A DNA stretch of 64,000 bases from a virus. Shown in pieces: positions 50,042-61,104 of this stretch. Positions within the stretch are counted from its first letter, which is position 1; each line of letters opens with the position of its first letter. The translations under genes were made by a program, and so were the position numbers. The stretch spans positions 3,310 through 67,309 of the IMG/VR virus record IMGVR_UViG_3300046167_000585. The stretch is one strand, 5' to 3'. Below the pieces are notes generated by a model, which saw nothing but the letters and a program-made list of their open reading frames with translations, was not told the DNA's origin and searched no databases.

Positions 50042-50685
50042 GAATGTCATATCAAAAACAAAATGACCTTAAAGACGCTGTTCTTAAAGATTTATATGAT
50101 GCACCTATGCAAAAAATTAGTGATAAGAAAGGTGCATTAGTTTTACGTAATCACTCTGAATGGATTAAACCTTTAATGCCTCTTATCAATCAGTTACCTC
50201 ATGGTATGGTGTCAACTAGTGACACTATTAGACTTGAAGTTCCTGAATTAACACTTGAAGCAAGAGAGCTAGCTCAAATAACAACATCTGAAGAAAGTTG
50301 GGATAACACTTGTGCAAAAACTACTTGGACACAGTATTCAGATGCTAAGTTACCTATTATGACTAAAGGTACTGGTTGGAATTCTCAAGAAATTGATATT
50401 CCATTGCAAGATGGTATGCGTGAAGAAGTTATTGCTTTGAGACTTGAAGAATATCAAATCGATCAAGAGAAAAGACAAATGCGTAAGTATTTACAAACTA
50501 CTATGGAAATTCATAATACAACAACTAAGTTGCGTAAAGTATTTCCTAGCACTTTACAAAAATACATTCCCGCTGAACCACCTAGAAAACCAAAACAAAC
50601 TAGATTACCAGTAGACCTTCCAGATGAAGTGTCTGTACCTGGCAATCTTAAACAGCGTTTAACTGAAAACTTATTAGATAATTAA
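50038..50685 (+). CDS. Nmad5-like (nucleotide-modification-associated) protein
   Basis: C-terminal TTTKLRKVFPSTLQKYIP..LPV pattern; recognised by eye only. Confidence 0.4.
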   Translation: MRMSYQKQNDLKDAVLKDLYDAPMQKISDKKGALVLRNHSEWIKPLMPLINQLPHGMVSTSDTIRLEVPELTLEARELAQITTSEESWDNTCAKTTWTQYSDAKLPIMTKGTGWNSQEIDIPLQDGMREEVIALRLEEYQIDQEKRQMRKYLQTTMEIHNTTTKLRKVFPSTLQKYIPAEPPRKPKQTRLPVDLPDEVSVPGNLKQRLTENLLDN

Positions 50686-50694
50686 GGAGCACTA

Positions 50695-51723
50695 ATGATT
50701 GAAATCTCATCTTCTGCTATGGTAGATGCACTAGACAGTGTATTACTATCTAAGCTAACACCTATGCTAGTAGGCTCACCAGGTATTGGTAAGTCTGACA
50801 TTGTTAAGCTAGTTGCTAAAAAACATAATCTTAAATTGATTGACGTACGTCTAGCACAATCAGATCCAACAGATTTGAATGGCTTTCCTACACTACAAAG
50901 TGATGGACAGCGTATGGATTATGCACCACCAACTACGTTTCCACTAGAAAAACTAGACCAGATTCCAGAAGGACATGATGGCTGGTTATTATTTCTAGAT
51001 GAAATCAATGCAGCACCACCATCTATCCAAGCAGCAGCTTACAAGCTAGTCTTAGATAGACAAATAGGTGCACATAACTTACACAAGCGTGTAGCTATTG
51101 TGTGTGCAGGCAACAAAGCAACAGATAAAGCTATTGTAAATAGACTATCTACTGCTATGCAATCCAGAATGATTCATTTGAATCTTATGGTAGATCCAGA
51201 AGCTTGGTTAGATTGGGCAAATGCATCAGATATTGACCACAGAGTCATATCGTTCATTAAATTTAGACCTGAGTTACTACATAAATTTAATCCTAGTCAT
51301 GCAGATGACACATTTGCTTCACCACGTACATGGGAATTCTTATCTAAAATTATTAAAGATAAGATTAAGTTCACTAGAACAGACCATGCAGTGCTTACAG
51401 GTACTGTAGGCGAAGGTCCAGCTACTGAGTTTAGAGCATTCTGTGAGGTTTACAAAGACTTACCGACTATTGAAGATATGATTGAAAATCCAACAGCAAT
51501 TAGTATTCCTAATGAGCCAGGACATCAATATGCAATGACTACTTTGATAAGTCATCATTCTAATGATGATACAATTGAGCCATTGATGATAGTTATTAAG
51601 AAATTACCAATTGAATTTCAAGTAGTTGTATTGAAAGATATTTATTCTATAGCACCTGAGTTAAAACAAAATCCAATTATTCAAGACTGGATTAATAAAA
51701 ACGCAGATAAACTATTCGGTTAA
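50695..51723 (+). CDS. MoxR-like AAA+ ATPase (N4 gp24-like)
   Basis: GSPGIGKS, DVRLAQSDPTDL, LFLDEIN, SPRTWE. Confidence 0.9.
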   Translation: MIEISSSAMVDALDSVLLSKLTPMLVGSPGIGKSDIVKLVAKKHNLKLIDVRLAQSDPTDLNGFPTLQSDGQRMDYAPPTTFPLEKLDQIPEGHDGWLLFLDEINAAPPSIQAAAYKLVLDRQIGAHNLHKRVAIVCAGNKATDKAIVNRLSTAMQSRMIHLNLMVDPEAWLDWANASDIDHRVISFIKFRPELLHKFNPSHADDTFASPRTWEFLSKIIKDKIKFTRTDHAVLTGTVGEGPATEFRAFCEVYKDLPTIEDMIENPTAISIPNEPGHQYAMTTLISHHSNDDTIEPLMIVIKKLPIEFQVVVLKDIYSIAPELKQNPIIQDWINKNADKLFG

Positions 51724-51727
51724 TCTA

Positions 51728-52852
51728 ATGGAATACGAACAAGCAGATACTCAACTTAGACATGCTAAGATAGATTTGATGACTAAATCAGTCTTCTTAT
51801 CTACTATTTGTCTAAGTCTAAAGCATGAGTTTACTGACAAGTTGCCTACTGCTGGTACTAATGGAATATCTATTTTGTACAATCCAGAGTTTCTTGAAAA
51901 GCTTTCACCACAAGAACGTACTGGGCTACTGGCACACGAAGTGTGGCATGTAGCCTTTAATCACTTAACCAGACTTGGTGACAAAGATAAAATATTGTGG
52001 AACAAAGCAGGTGACTATGTCATTAACTACATGTTAGAACAAAGCGGTATGACTATCCCAAGAGGAGGTTTACTAGACCCTAGGTTTGCAAACATGAGTA
52101 CTGAAGAAGTCTACAACATTATTAAAGAAGAAGAACCTGAAGGAGGTCCAGGCGGAGACTTTGAAAGCGATTTATTAGAACCACCACCAGGTCTAGATGA
52201 GGGAGGTGTGTCTGACAAAATCACTGATATGATTGTTAAAGCTCAGCTACAATCTAAAATTGCTAATAAAGATAAAGGTGAGATACCAGGAGAGATAGCA
52301 AGAGCTATAGATGATCTCATAAATCCTAAACTACCTTGGTATGAGATACTACAAAGATTTATGTCTGACTTAGCAAAAGATGACTATTCTTGGGCTAGAC
52401 CTAACAAACGCTTTTATCCTAATCATTACTTACCTAGTCAACAATCGTTTACTTTAGGTAAGGTTGTAGTGGCTATAGATACCAGTGGCAGTGTAAGCCA
52501 ACAAGAAATTACTGAAATGCTTAGTGAAATTGAAAATATTCGTGAAACTTTCAAACCTGAAAAACTTACAATCATAGATTGTGATGCTGAAATACATAAT
52601 ATTTATGATGTAGAAAAATATGATAACATCTTAGAATTAGAATTTCATGGATACGGAGGCACAGATTTTCAGCCTGTAATTGAACACTGTAATCAAGTTA
52701 ATCCTGATGTACTAATCTATTTCACTGACTTATATGCAGAAGATGTTCGTGATGTAGGGGATTATCCAATTATATGGATATGTACAGATAATAATCCTGA
52801 TGTACAGCCCGTAGGCGAGACAATCTATTTAAAACCTGATGGAAATAGATAA
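51728..52852 (+). CDS. Metallopeptidase-VWA protein (DUF2201/N4 gp25-like)
   Basis: HEVWH zincin motif, DYVIN, IDTSGS MIDAS, GGTDF, YFTD. Confidence 0.9.
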   Translation: MEYEQADTQLRHAKIDLMTKSVFLSTICLSLKHEFTDKLPTAGTNGISILYNPEFLEKLSPQERTGLLAHEVWHVAFNHLTRLGDKDKILWNKAGDYVINYMLEQSGMTIPRGGLLDPRFANMSTEEVYNIIKEEEPEGGPGGDFESDLLEPPPGLDEGGVSDKITDMIVKAQLQSKIANKDKGEIPGEIARAIDDLINPKLPWYEILQRFMSDLAKDDYSWARPNKRFYPNHYLPSQQSFTLGKVVVAIDTSGSVSQQEITEMLSEIENIRETFKPEKLTIIDCDAEIHNIYDVEKYDNILELEFHGYGGTDFQPVIEHCNQVNPDVLIYFTDLYAEDVRDVGDYPIIWICTDNNPDVQPVGETIYLKPDGNR

Positions 52853-53072
52853 AATACCTTTAGAGTATTTAGTAGAAACGCTTGCTAAAGCACTATGTTT
52901 TGAAAAATACGTAGCAATTAACAATATTGAAGACTTTGAAAGTGTTGATACAGATGATGCTTTAGTTTTTTATGAAGAACGAGCAGAACTCTATCTACAT
53001 AAATCCTATGAATTACTTAGCCTATTTCATGGCTTTGAAGATTCAGATAGTATTACTGATACTTTACATTAA
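52839..53072 (+). CDS. Hypothetical acidic protein
   Basis: 77 aa ORF overlapping previous stop. Confidence 0.55.
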   Translation: MEIDKIPLEYLVETLAKALCFEKYVAINNIEDFESVDTDDALVFYEERAELYLHKSYELLSLFHGFEDSDSITDTLH

Positions 53073-53084
53073 CTAAGGACTAAT

Positions 53085-55572
53085 ATGCGAAATATCCATT
53101 TTGGTAGTGGAGAAATCACTACGCTCATCTTAATTAAAGAAGATGCTATAGTTGAAAGCGATATTAGAAAACATTATCTTACTCCTTTAGAAACACGAGG
53201 TATAAATCAAGATAATGTCGCAGTCTATGGTCTGTTATATGAAGATAGCAAGATAAAAGCAGATCTAGGTAAGAACTATCTTAGAATGCTATTATCTAAA
53301 ATTAATAAAATAGGAACTGTTCAAAATCTTATTGTTGCTGATACTAGTTATTTCAAATGGCTTATCAAAAAAGCCTAAGATAACAGATTGCTATGGTGAG
53401 ACATTTAAACCTAAGTTTGATGGCTATGAAAACTTTAAAGCTGTTGTAGTACCTAATTACAAATCATTGTTTTACAATCCTAGCAATGAAGACCTTATTA
53501 AAGAAGGGCTTACAGCTATCACAGGATTTAAAAAACCAAACATTATTCACAGTTCTAAATATGTAATGACATCAGCTGAAGCTGAAGATTTCGTAGTAGA
53601 GCTTATGGCAAAGCCTGCACTTACTATAGATATAGAAACTACAGGATTACATCTAGGTAGTGAGATTCTTAGTATTGCTTTTGCCTGGGATAAACATAAT
53701 GGTGGAGTAATCTACATGAAAGATGTAGATAAGACAATATTAAGACAGTTTTTCATATTGTATGCAGGAACAATGATATTTCATAATGCATTATTTGATT
53801 GCAAACATATTATTCATGAATTTTTTCCAGATAAGCCTGGTTCTCGTATCGAGATGCATAAAGGCTTATATGCGTTTAAAAATGTTGAAGACAGCATGTT
53901 GTATACCTACATTGCTAAAAACAGCAGAACAGAGGTTAAATTAGATCTAAAGTCTAATTCTCTAGAGTTTGCTGGTAACTATGGTGTAGATGTTAAAGAC
54001 GCTACTAAATTACCTGTTGATGTCTTGCTAGAATACAATCTAAAAGACTGCTTGGCTACATGGTATGTCTATGACAAGTATCGAGATATTGTTATTGAAG
54101 AAGATTTACTTGAGCCTTACACAACTATCTTTCAACCATCTATTGAAGTATTACTCAAAATGATGCTTGTAGGTTTACCTATTGATGATAGTAAAGTTTT
54201 AGAAGTTGAGAAAGAACTACAAGATAAGCATGATAGTCACGTGTCAGCTATTGCTAAATATCCAGAAATAATTAAATTTAATTGGGCATTTAGACATAAA
54301 ACAATGACAGAAGTTAACAATAAGCTTAAGCGTAAATGCAGACCTTACAGTGACTTTATAGATTTACAGTTCAATCCTAAGTCTAATAATAACATTAGAG
54401 AATTGTTTTATACACAATTAGAATATGAACCCATTGATTTTACAGATACTAAACAACCAGCAACTGGATCTAAAACTCTTAAGAAACTGGTACATGTAGC
54501 TAAAGAAGAATCTCACAAAGAAATATTACAACATTTGATAGGTGTTAATCAAACTAGTAAGATACTAAGTACATTTATTAAAGCATTTAAATCTTATACT
54601 AGAAATGGTTACTTGCACGGTAGTCTAAAGCTAGGAGGTACACAATCAGGACGACTAAGTTCTAGTGACCCTAACTTACAAAATCTACCAAGTAATAGTA
54701 TTTATGGTAAAGCTATTAAGTCTTGCTTTAAAGCACCTGAAGGTTACTTATGGGCTGGTGCAGACTTTAGCAGTCTAGAAGACAGAGTTAATGCTTTACT
54801 AACTAAAGACCCAAACAAAATCAAAGTGTACACTGATGGTTATGATGGTCACAGTTTAAGAGCTTATACTTATTTTAAAGACCAGATGCCTGATATTGAA
54901 GATACTGTAAAGAGTATTAACTCTATCGAAGATAAGTATCCAGAGCTTAGGCAAAAATCAAAAGGTCCCACTTTTGCACTAACTTACAGTGGTACTTGGC
55001 ATACTCTTGTATCTAATATTGGTATTGAGAAAAAAGAAGCTCAGCTTATTGAACGACAATATCACGATTTGTACTCTGTATCTGACATCTTTACACAGCA
55101 AAACATTGATTTTGCAGGTAAGCATGGCTATATGGAATGTGCATTTGGACTACGAATAAAGTGTCCATTATTAGCTACAACTGTGCATAACACTACACTG
55201 ACACCATATGCTGCTGTAGCAGAGGCTAGAAGCGCAAACAACGCTGTAACACAGTCCTGGGGCATGCTCATAAATAGAGCTCTTATTGCTACAAATAATA
55301 TAATAGAGCACTCTGATATGGTGTATGATATATATCCAATCAACACAATTCATGATGCAGCCTACTTTTTAGTCAAGGATGATCCGATGTCTGTGAAGTT
55401 TCTTAATGATACTTTGATTAAAGAGATGCAATGGAATGCTCATCCGAGCATTTTTTCAAATGAAGTGAAGATGGAGGCTAACCTGGAGATAGGTAAGTCT
55501 TGGGATAAACAATTTACTTTACCCAACAACGCAAGTATTGAAAAAATAAAGGAGATTATCAATGGCATTTAA
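53085..55572 (+). CDS. Family A DNA polymerase (N4 gp39-like); one apparent +1 insertion at ~53370
   Basis: DIETTG and HNALFD exonuclease; SGRLSSSDPNLQN, ADFSSLE (A), RQKSKGPTFALTY (B), TIHDA (C); N-terminal ORF joins by removing one A from A6. Confidence 0.95.
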
Positions 55573-56542
55573 ATATACCAATAAGAATAATGTCTCTATG
55601 CCTTTAGCTGTATGGTTAATGCATGATGACTATGATTATGATGAACGAACAAATGTAATTAGTGCTACATCTTTACTTAAACCATTGAGAGCGTTAATAC
55701 TCTCACATCAAAATAAAGGTTTAGATAAGACTGTAGACATTATGGACTTAGTAAGTTCTAGAATGGGCTCTGCTATACATGCTATTGCAGAAAAAGCTTG
55801 GAGTAATAGAGGTAATATTACTAAAGCATTACAAGCATTACAAGTATCTAACTTAGATGACAAACTTGTAATAAACCCTGACAAAGTAGAAGAAGGACAG
55901 ATACCTGTCTATATTGAGCAACGCCATGAAAAAGAAATAAAAGACTATATTATTTCTGGAAAGTATGACCTTGTTGTAGACGGTACTGTTTCAGATTACA
56001 AAAGTACATCTGTATGGTCGTATATCTTTGATTCTAACGCACTTAAATACACACAACAAGCTAGCATATACAAATGGTTAGCACCTGATAGAATTACAGA
56101 TAATGCTGTACACATACAGTATATCTTTACGGATTGGTCAGCAGCACAAGCTGCAAGAGATCCAAGTTATCCTCAGACTAGAGTAATAACTAAAGAATAT
56201 CCAATCTGGTCTGTAGAACAAACAGAACATTTTATTACTGAAAAGCTAGATTTATTAACAAATTACTTAGATACACCACAAGAAGGCTTGCCTGAGTGTA
56301 ACAAAGAAGAACTCTGGGAGTCTGACACTGTATATAAGTATTACAAGAACCCTGCCAAAATGTCTAGAGCAACTAAGAACTATGACAGTTTAGATGAAGC
56401 TAATTTAAGACTAGCCAATGATGGTGGAGTAGGTACAGTTGCTACTGTACGAGGCGAAGTAAAGGCTTGCAGATACTGTGAAGTATCAGAAATATGTACG
56501 CAAGCTCAAAATTTAATACAACAAGGGAGACTAGTTTTATGA
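55562..56542 (+). CDS. PD-(D/E)XK exonuclease (N4 gp42-like)
   Basis: ISATSLLKP, GSAIH, SGKYD..DYKST, C-terminal CRYC..C. Confidence 0.85.
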   Translation: MAFKYTNKNNVSMPLAVWLMHDDYDYDERTNVISATSLLKPLRALILSHQNKGLDKTVDIMDLVSSRMGSAIHAIAEKAWSNRGNITKALQALQVSNLDDKLVINPDKVEEGQIPVYIEQRHEKEIKDYIISGKYDLVVDGTVSDYKSTSVWSYIFDSNALKYTQQASIYKWLAPDRITDNAVHIQYIFTDWSAAQAARDPSYPQTRVITKEYPIWSVEQTEHFITEKLDLLTNYLDTPQEGLPECNKEELWESDTVYKYYKNPAKMSRATKNYDSLDEANLRLANDGGVGTVATVRGEVKACRYCEVSEICTQAQNLIQQGRLVL

Positions 56543-56814
56543 ACACCTGGTACTACATAAAAAATTGGTTTACAAAACCTAAACAATCCGAAGAAGTCCT
56601 AATACCACGCATTAAAACTCGTAAAAAACGAGACAATGCTACACTCACAGATAATCAAATTGACCAAATTCAAAAACTCTATACGCTTAGAAATGAATAT
56701 GGCGTTAAAACTTATGCTGAGTTTACAAAATTTTGTAATGAGAAGTTAGACCTTAACAAAAGCAGAAGTGTCTATCATCGCATTATAAGTAAGCAAGGTA
56801 GTTACGAGAAATAA
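56539..56814 (+). CDS. Small HTH-like hypothetical protein (likely start 56539)
   Basis: ATGA overlap; LDLNKSRSVYHRII. Confidence 0.6.
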   Translation: MNTWYYIKNWFTKPKQSEEVLIPRIKTRKKRDNATLTDNQIDQIQKLYTLRNEYGVKTYAEFTKFCNEKLDLNKSRSVYHRIISKQGSYEK

Positions 56815-56815
56815 T

Positions 56816-58961
56816 ATGTCAAAACCTACTTACTTTAAATTCTCTGAAGAGATTGTAGACATACTTGTCGCTAAAACACAATCACAGAATCGTCACTTCT
56901 TCAGATTACTCGTAGCTTATTACTTATCTAAAGTAACTTCTATGATGCGATGTAATATTGAAACACGTGATAGGGGGGTTATACCTGTTAACTCGTATGT
57001 TTTAAACTTAATGCCATCAGGCACAGGCAAGGGCTTCTCAACTAATATTATGGAAGAAGACATCATTGATGGCTTCAGAACAAGATTTTTAAGAGATGTA
57101 TTGCCTGGTGAAAGTAACGCAGAGCTATTACAGATTGCTGCTAGACGTCAAATGATTAATCCTAATCTATCTTCTGATGAGGCTATGGCTGAAGTTCAGA
57201 AAGAATATGATGCTCTAGGTACACTAGCATTTAGTTTTGACAGTGGTACTGCACCAGCAGTCAAACAGATGAGACTCAAATTGCTAATGTCTAACGCAGG
57301 TTCTATGAATCTAGAGTTAGATGAGGTAGGCTCAAACTTAACTAGCAATGTAGAAATGCTCAATACTTTCTTAGAGTTGTATGATGTAGGCAAAGTCAAG
57401 CAAAAGCTAACTAAGAATACATCAGACAACAAGCGTGGTGAAGAACTCATAGGCAAGACGCCTACAAACCTTATGTTATTCGGCACACCAACTAAGTTAT
57501 TAGATGGTAGCAAAACAGAAGAAGAGTTTAAACAAATGCTTGAGACGGGCTATGCTCGTAGAATGCTATTTGGTTATACAAATACACTCAATGACTTTAA
57601 GAAACAAACAGCAGAAGAATTGTATGATGCTTTGACATCTACTAATGTTGTTAAAGATACACAGCGTATTAGCCAAGTTATTACTAACTTAGCAGACAGA
57701 AATAAATTTAATACTGTGCTAACTCTAACTAAACAAGATACGATTCACTTACTTCAATACAAGATTAACTGTGAAGCTAGAGCTTCTAAGTTAAAAATAC
57801 ATGAAGACATTAAAAAAGCTGAGCTATCACATCGCTATTACAAAGCATTGAAACTAGCAGGTGCTTATGCATTTGTTGAAGGTGGTAAGTCTATTACACA
57901 ATATCATCTAGATAGTGCTATTCAACTTGTAGAAGACTCAGGTAAACAATTCCATCGAATCATTAACAAAGAAGGCTCATATGCTCGTCTTGCAAGATAT
58001 ATTGCAGATGTAGGTAAAGAGCTTACTCAAGTAGATTTGATTGAAGAGTTACCATTCTATCGAGGACCAGAAGCACAGAAAAAAGATATGTTGTCACTGG
58101 CTATTGCCTGGGGTTACAAAAACAATATTATTATTCGTAAGAGTTATATTGATGATATTGAATTTTTATCTGGTGAAGCACTGAAAAGAAACTGATCTAG
58201 ATAAAATACAAGTAGCTTACAGTACTGACATAACAAAAGACTTTGAAGGTGCAGTAACTAAGTTTAATCGTTTACACGAATTAGTTAGCACTGCAGGTTA
58301 CCACTATACTGCACACAATTTCTTAGACGGTTACCGTTCTAGTGATAAAGCTATACCAGGCTTTAATTTACTAATACTAGACATTGACGGTGAATGTAGC
58401 TTGAATTCTGCTAAAGAACTTCTAAGCGAATACAAAGTACTGTTTGCTACAACTAAACGACATACTGAGAAACAAAACAGATTTAGAATTATATTTCCTA
58501 TGTCTCACTACCTAAAGTTGAAACCTAGAGATTATTCTAAATTTATGGAGAATGTCTTCAATTGGCTACCATTTGATTGTGATACTGCAACTAAAGATAT
58601 TGCACGCAAATGGATGTCACATGACGGACATCATTACTATAACGATGGAGAACTACTAGATGCTACTTTATTTATACCTCAAACTAAAAAAGCTATCGAG
58701 CAAGAACAAAAGATTCTCGATGCTCAAGGTATGAGTAATATGGAGCGATGGTTCTCTGACCGCATAGAAGTCGGTAACAGAGCATCTATGATTATTAGAT
58801 ACGGCTTTATGCTAATGGACAATGGCTATCCAAGAGATGCGATTGCAAACAAACTTGTAACTTTCAATGAACATATTACTGACCCTATCAGTCAAGAAGA
58901 AATTCATTCTAAGATTATGAGATCAATTGATAAAAAAATACTTCAGAAGGAGAGTAAATAA
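56816..58961 (+). CDS. N4 gp43-like primase/replication protein; one apparent +1 insertion at ~58186
   Basis: PSGTGKG P-loop, LDEVGSNL, FGTP; continuation has LDIDG, TTKRHT, RFRIIFP, GNR; frames join by removing one A. Confidence 0.88.
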
Positions 58962-59680
58962 TGAATAACAACTTAGTTTTGTTATGTGGCAAATCCGCTA
59001 CAGGTAAGTCTGCAAGCTTACAAATGTTAAAAGACCCAGAGGGCGTAATGTATTTGAACTGTGAGAACAACAAGAAGTTACCGTTCAGATCTAAATTTAA
59101 AGAATTTACTATTACAGACCCTACCGATGTACCTGATGCTATTGACTCAGTGCAAGACAATGACAAAGTACATACAATTGTTATCGACAGTCTTACATAT
59201 CTTATGGATATGTTTGAGAGTACTAAAGTGCTTACATCTACAAATACGATGAAAGCATGGGGTCAGTATGCACAGTTTATGAAAAACATGATGGCACAGA
59301 ATGTAGCTAACTCTAACAAGAACATTATTTTTATTGCACACACATCAGATATCTTTAATGAATCTGAGATGGTTAATGAGACTATGGTTAAAGTCAAAGG
59401 TTCTCTTATGAACACTGGTGTAGAGAGTTATTTCAGTACTGTTATTGGTTGCAAGAAAGTACCTCTTAAAAATTTAGAAGCTTACAAATCTGATTTATTG
59501 TCTTATAATGATGAAGAAAAATTGTTGGAATACAAATATGTATACCAAACTAAGTTGACTAAAGATACGGTTAATGAACGTATCAGGAGTCCTATGAGAA
59601 TGTGGGACACACAAGAAACATTTATTGATAACAATCTGCAGCATATATTGGACAGATTGCATGAATACTATGACGACTAA
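58961..59680 (+). CDS. AAA_24/Sak4-like ATPase (N4 gp44-like)
   Basis: GKSATGKS, YLNCE, IVIDSLTYLMD, ERIRSP. Confidence 0.88.
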   Translation: MNNNLVLLCGKSATGKSASLQMLKDPEGVMYLNCENNKKLPFRSKFKEFTITDPTDVPDAIDSVQDNDKVHTIVIDSLTYLMDMFESTKVLTSTNTMKAWGQYAQFMKNMMAQNVANSNKNIIFIAHTSDIFNESEMVNETMVKVKGSLMNTGVESYFSTVIGCKKVPLKNLEAYKSDLLSYNDEEKLLEYKYVYQTKLTKDTVNERIRSPMRMWDTQETFIDNNLQHILDRLHEYYDD

Positions 59681-59870
59681 AAAATTTTCAGACATAGACT
59701 TAATGAAATTCGTTGACGGTGAATTAGATAATAAGGAGCTGTCAATGGATATCATGGGTGAAGTTATTGCTGGTAACGAAGACGTTAAAGAGCGTTTAAA
59801 AGTATATGCAGATACACGCAACATACTTACTAAGAAAGGCAATACTTTACTATTAAGTTTATTAAATTAG
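59670..59870 (+). CDS. Small anti-sigma-domain-like protein
   Basis: SDIDLMKFVDGELD..ERLKVY resembles N-terminal domain of ECF anti-sigma factors. Confidence 0.45.
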   Translation: MTTKKFSDIDLMKFVDGELDNKELSMDIMGEVIAGNEDVKERLKVYADTRNILTKKGNTLLLSLLN

Positions 59871-59879
59871 GAGACAGCT

Positions 59880-59996
59880 ATGTCAGCTTTAAAGTTACTA
59901 TTTGATACGCTAACATTTTTTATGCTTAGCGTAACTACAATTAGTGTTGTTTATATAGCACTATGGTTTGCACAATACGAACGTTACATAATTTAG
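59880..59996 (+). CDS. Small single-TM protein (38 aa)
   Basis: MSALKLLFDTLTFFMLSVTTISVVYIALWFAQYERYII; AGGAG RBS. Confidence 0.6.
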   Translation: MSALKLLFDTLTFFMLSVTTISVVYIALWFAQYERYII

Positions 59997-60004
59997 GAGA
60001 TATT

Positions 60005-60193
60005 ATGAGATTAAAAGTTTTAAAACTTAGAGATTTAATTGAAAATCCTGCTGGAGTTCCTGATCCAAATAATATGCCTGATACAAATCAAATATTTAAA
60101 CTTCATAGAGTTATTGATTCTGCAGGAAGAACAATTGGTTATCCTGAAGAAGTCGAAATTGTAGTTGAAGTACAGGAGATTGTGAATGGATAA
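60005..60193 (+). CDS. Hypothetical protein (likely start 60005)
   Basis: AGGAG RBS before MRLKVLK. Confidence 0.65.
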   Translation: MRLKVLKLRDLIENPAGVPDPNNMPDTNQIFKLHRVIDSAGRTIGYPEEVEIVVEVQEIVNG

Positions 60194-60431
60194 AATTTAT
60201 AATTTAAATAGAACAGCTTTTTTTAACTATTATTTTAAAAGTAGAACAAAAGAACAAATTGCAGCTTTTGTATCACCAATGTTTTTAAATATAGTAAATA
60301 AAGATATTACTTTTGGTTTACAAGATTTATTAGAAGAAATTGGTACAGTACCTTCTTATTTATTAAATAATTATCCTACTGATAAAAAACCTAACCAAGA
60401 AATAGATGTTAAATTTGTTAAATTAGTTTAG
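60186..60431 (+). CDS. Hypothetical protein
   Basis: 81 aa; AGGAG RBS. Confidence 0.65.
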   Translation: MDKIYNLNRTAFFNYYFKSRTKEQIAAFVSPMFLNIVNKDITFGLQDLLEEIGTVPSYLLNNYPTDKKPNQEIDVKFVKLV

Positions 60432-60441
60432 GAGAAACTAT

Positions 60442-60759
60442 ATGAAATCCATGAAAAGTTTTGAATCTATGTGGCGTAAAAAAGAATTAGCACAAAGAAA
60501 GATTAATGACGCTTTACAGGGTTATAATCTATCTAATACAGCTAAAGATGTTTATGTTTTTACTGCTGCAGCACATAGTACTTGTATTACTAATATAGTA
60601 AATCACAGTCATTTTGCTGATAAGTCTTTATCAACTATTAAAAGAGCTGTACTAGATTTAAAAAATAAAAAATTACTTGTTGAAAGTAGTTTAGCGTCTT
60701 TACAAGATGATAAAAGAGTTGTTTGGTTAACAGTAAATCAACATAGTACTAATGCCTGA
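60442..60759 (+). CDS. MarR-like winged-helix protein
   Basis: SLSTIKRAVLDLKNKKLL..DDKRVVWL. Confidence 0.65.
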   Translation: MKSMKSFESMWRKKELAQRKINDALQGYNLSNTAKDVYVFTAAAHSTCITNIVNHSHFADKSLSTIKRAVLDLKNKKLLVESSLASLQDDKRVVWLTVNQHSTNA

Positions 60760-60904
60760 TACTAGAAAAAAAGCAAAGTTAAGTAAAAACTTTGAAGAGC
60801 AACGCAAAGAGAGACAAAACCGTGTCACTCCACGTATTAAAAAAGCTATGAAAAATAATCAAGACTTTTGGAAAATTTTTAATAACGCTTTTAAGGAGAA
60901 GTAA
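60752..60904 (+). CDS. Small basic protein (50 aa)
   Basis: MPDTRKKAKLSKNFEEQRKERQNRVTPRIKK...; fills gap. Confidence 0.5.
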   Translation: MPDTRKKAKLSKNFEEQRKERQNRVTPRIKKAMKNNQDFWKIFNNAFKEK

Positions 60905-60905
60905 C

Positions 60906-61097
60906 ATGCAAGTATCCGTAACATTTAATTTTGATAACATTAGAAAAAAGAATCTTTATCTTTCAGATAAATATAAAAGTACCTGGTCAGATCCAGATAA
61001 TCCTACTAATGAAGAATTATCAAAAGCTATTAAAGACGAAATTCTTGAAGAATTAAAAAATGATGATAGAGTTTCAACTTTTGAAATAACAGATTAA
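60906..61097 (+). CDS. Hypothetical protein
   Basis: 63 aa; AGGAG RBS. Confidence 0.6.
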   Translation: MQVSVTFNFDNIRKKNLYLSDKYKSTWSDPDNPTNEELSKAIKDEILEELKNDDRVSTFEITD

Positions 61098-61104
61098 AAA
61101 TGTT

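Noticed and set aside
53332-58400. Split DNA polymerase and split primase
   Set aside because: Each is repaired by deleting one A from a homopolymer (~53370, ~58186); same error signature, no intron or intein sequence present.
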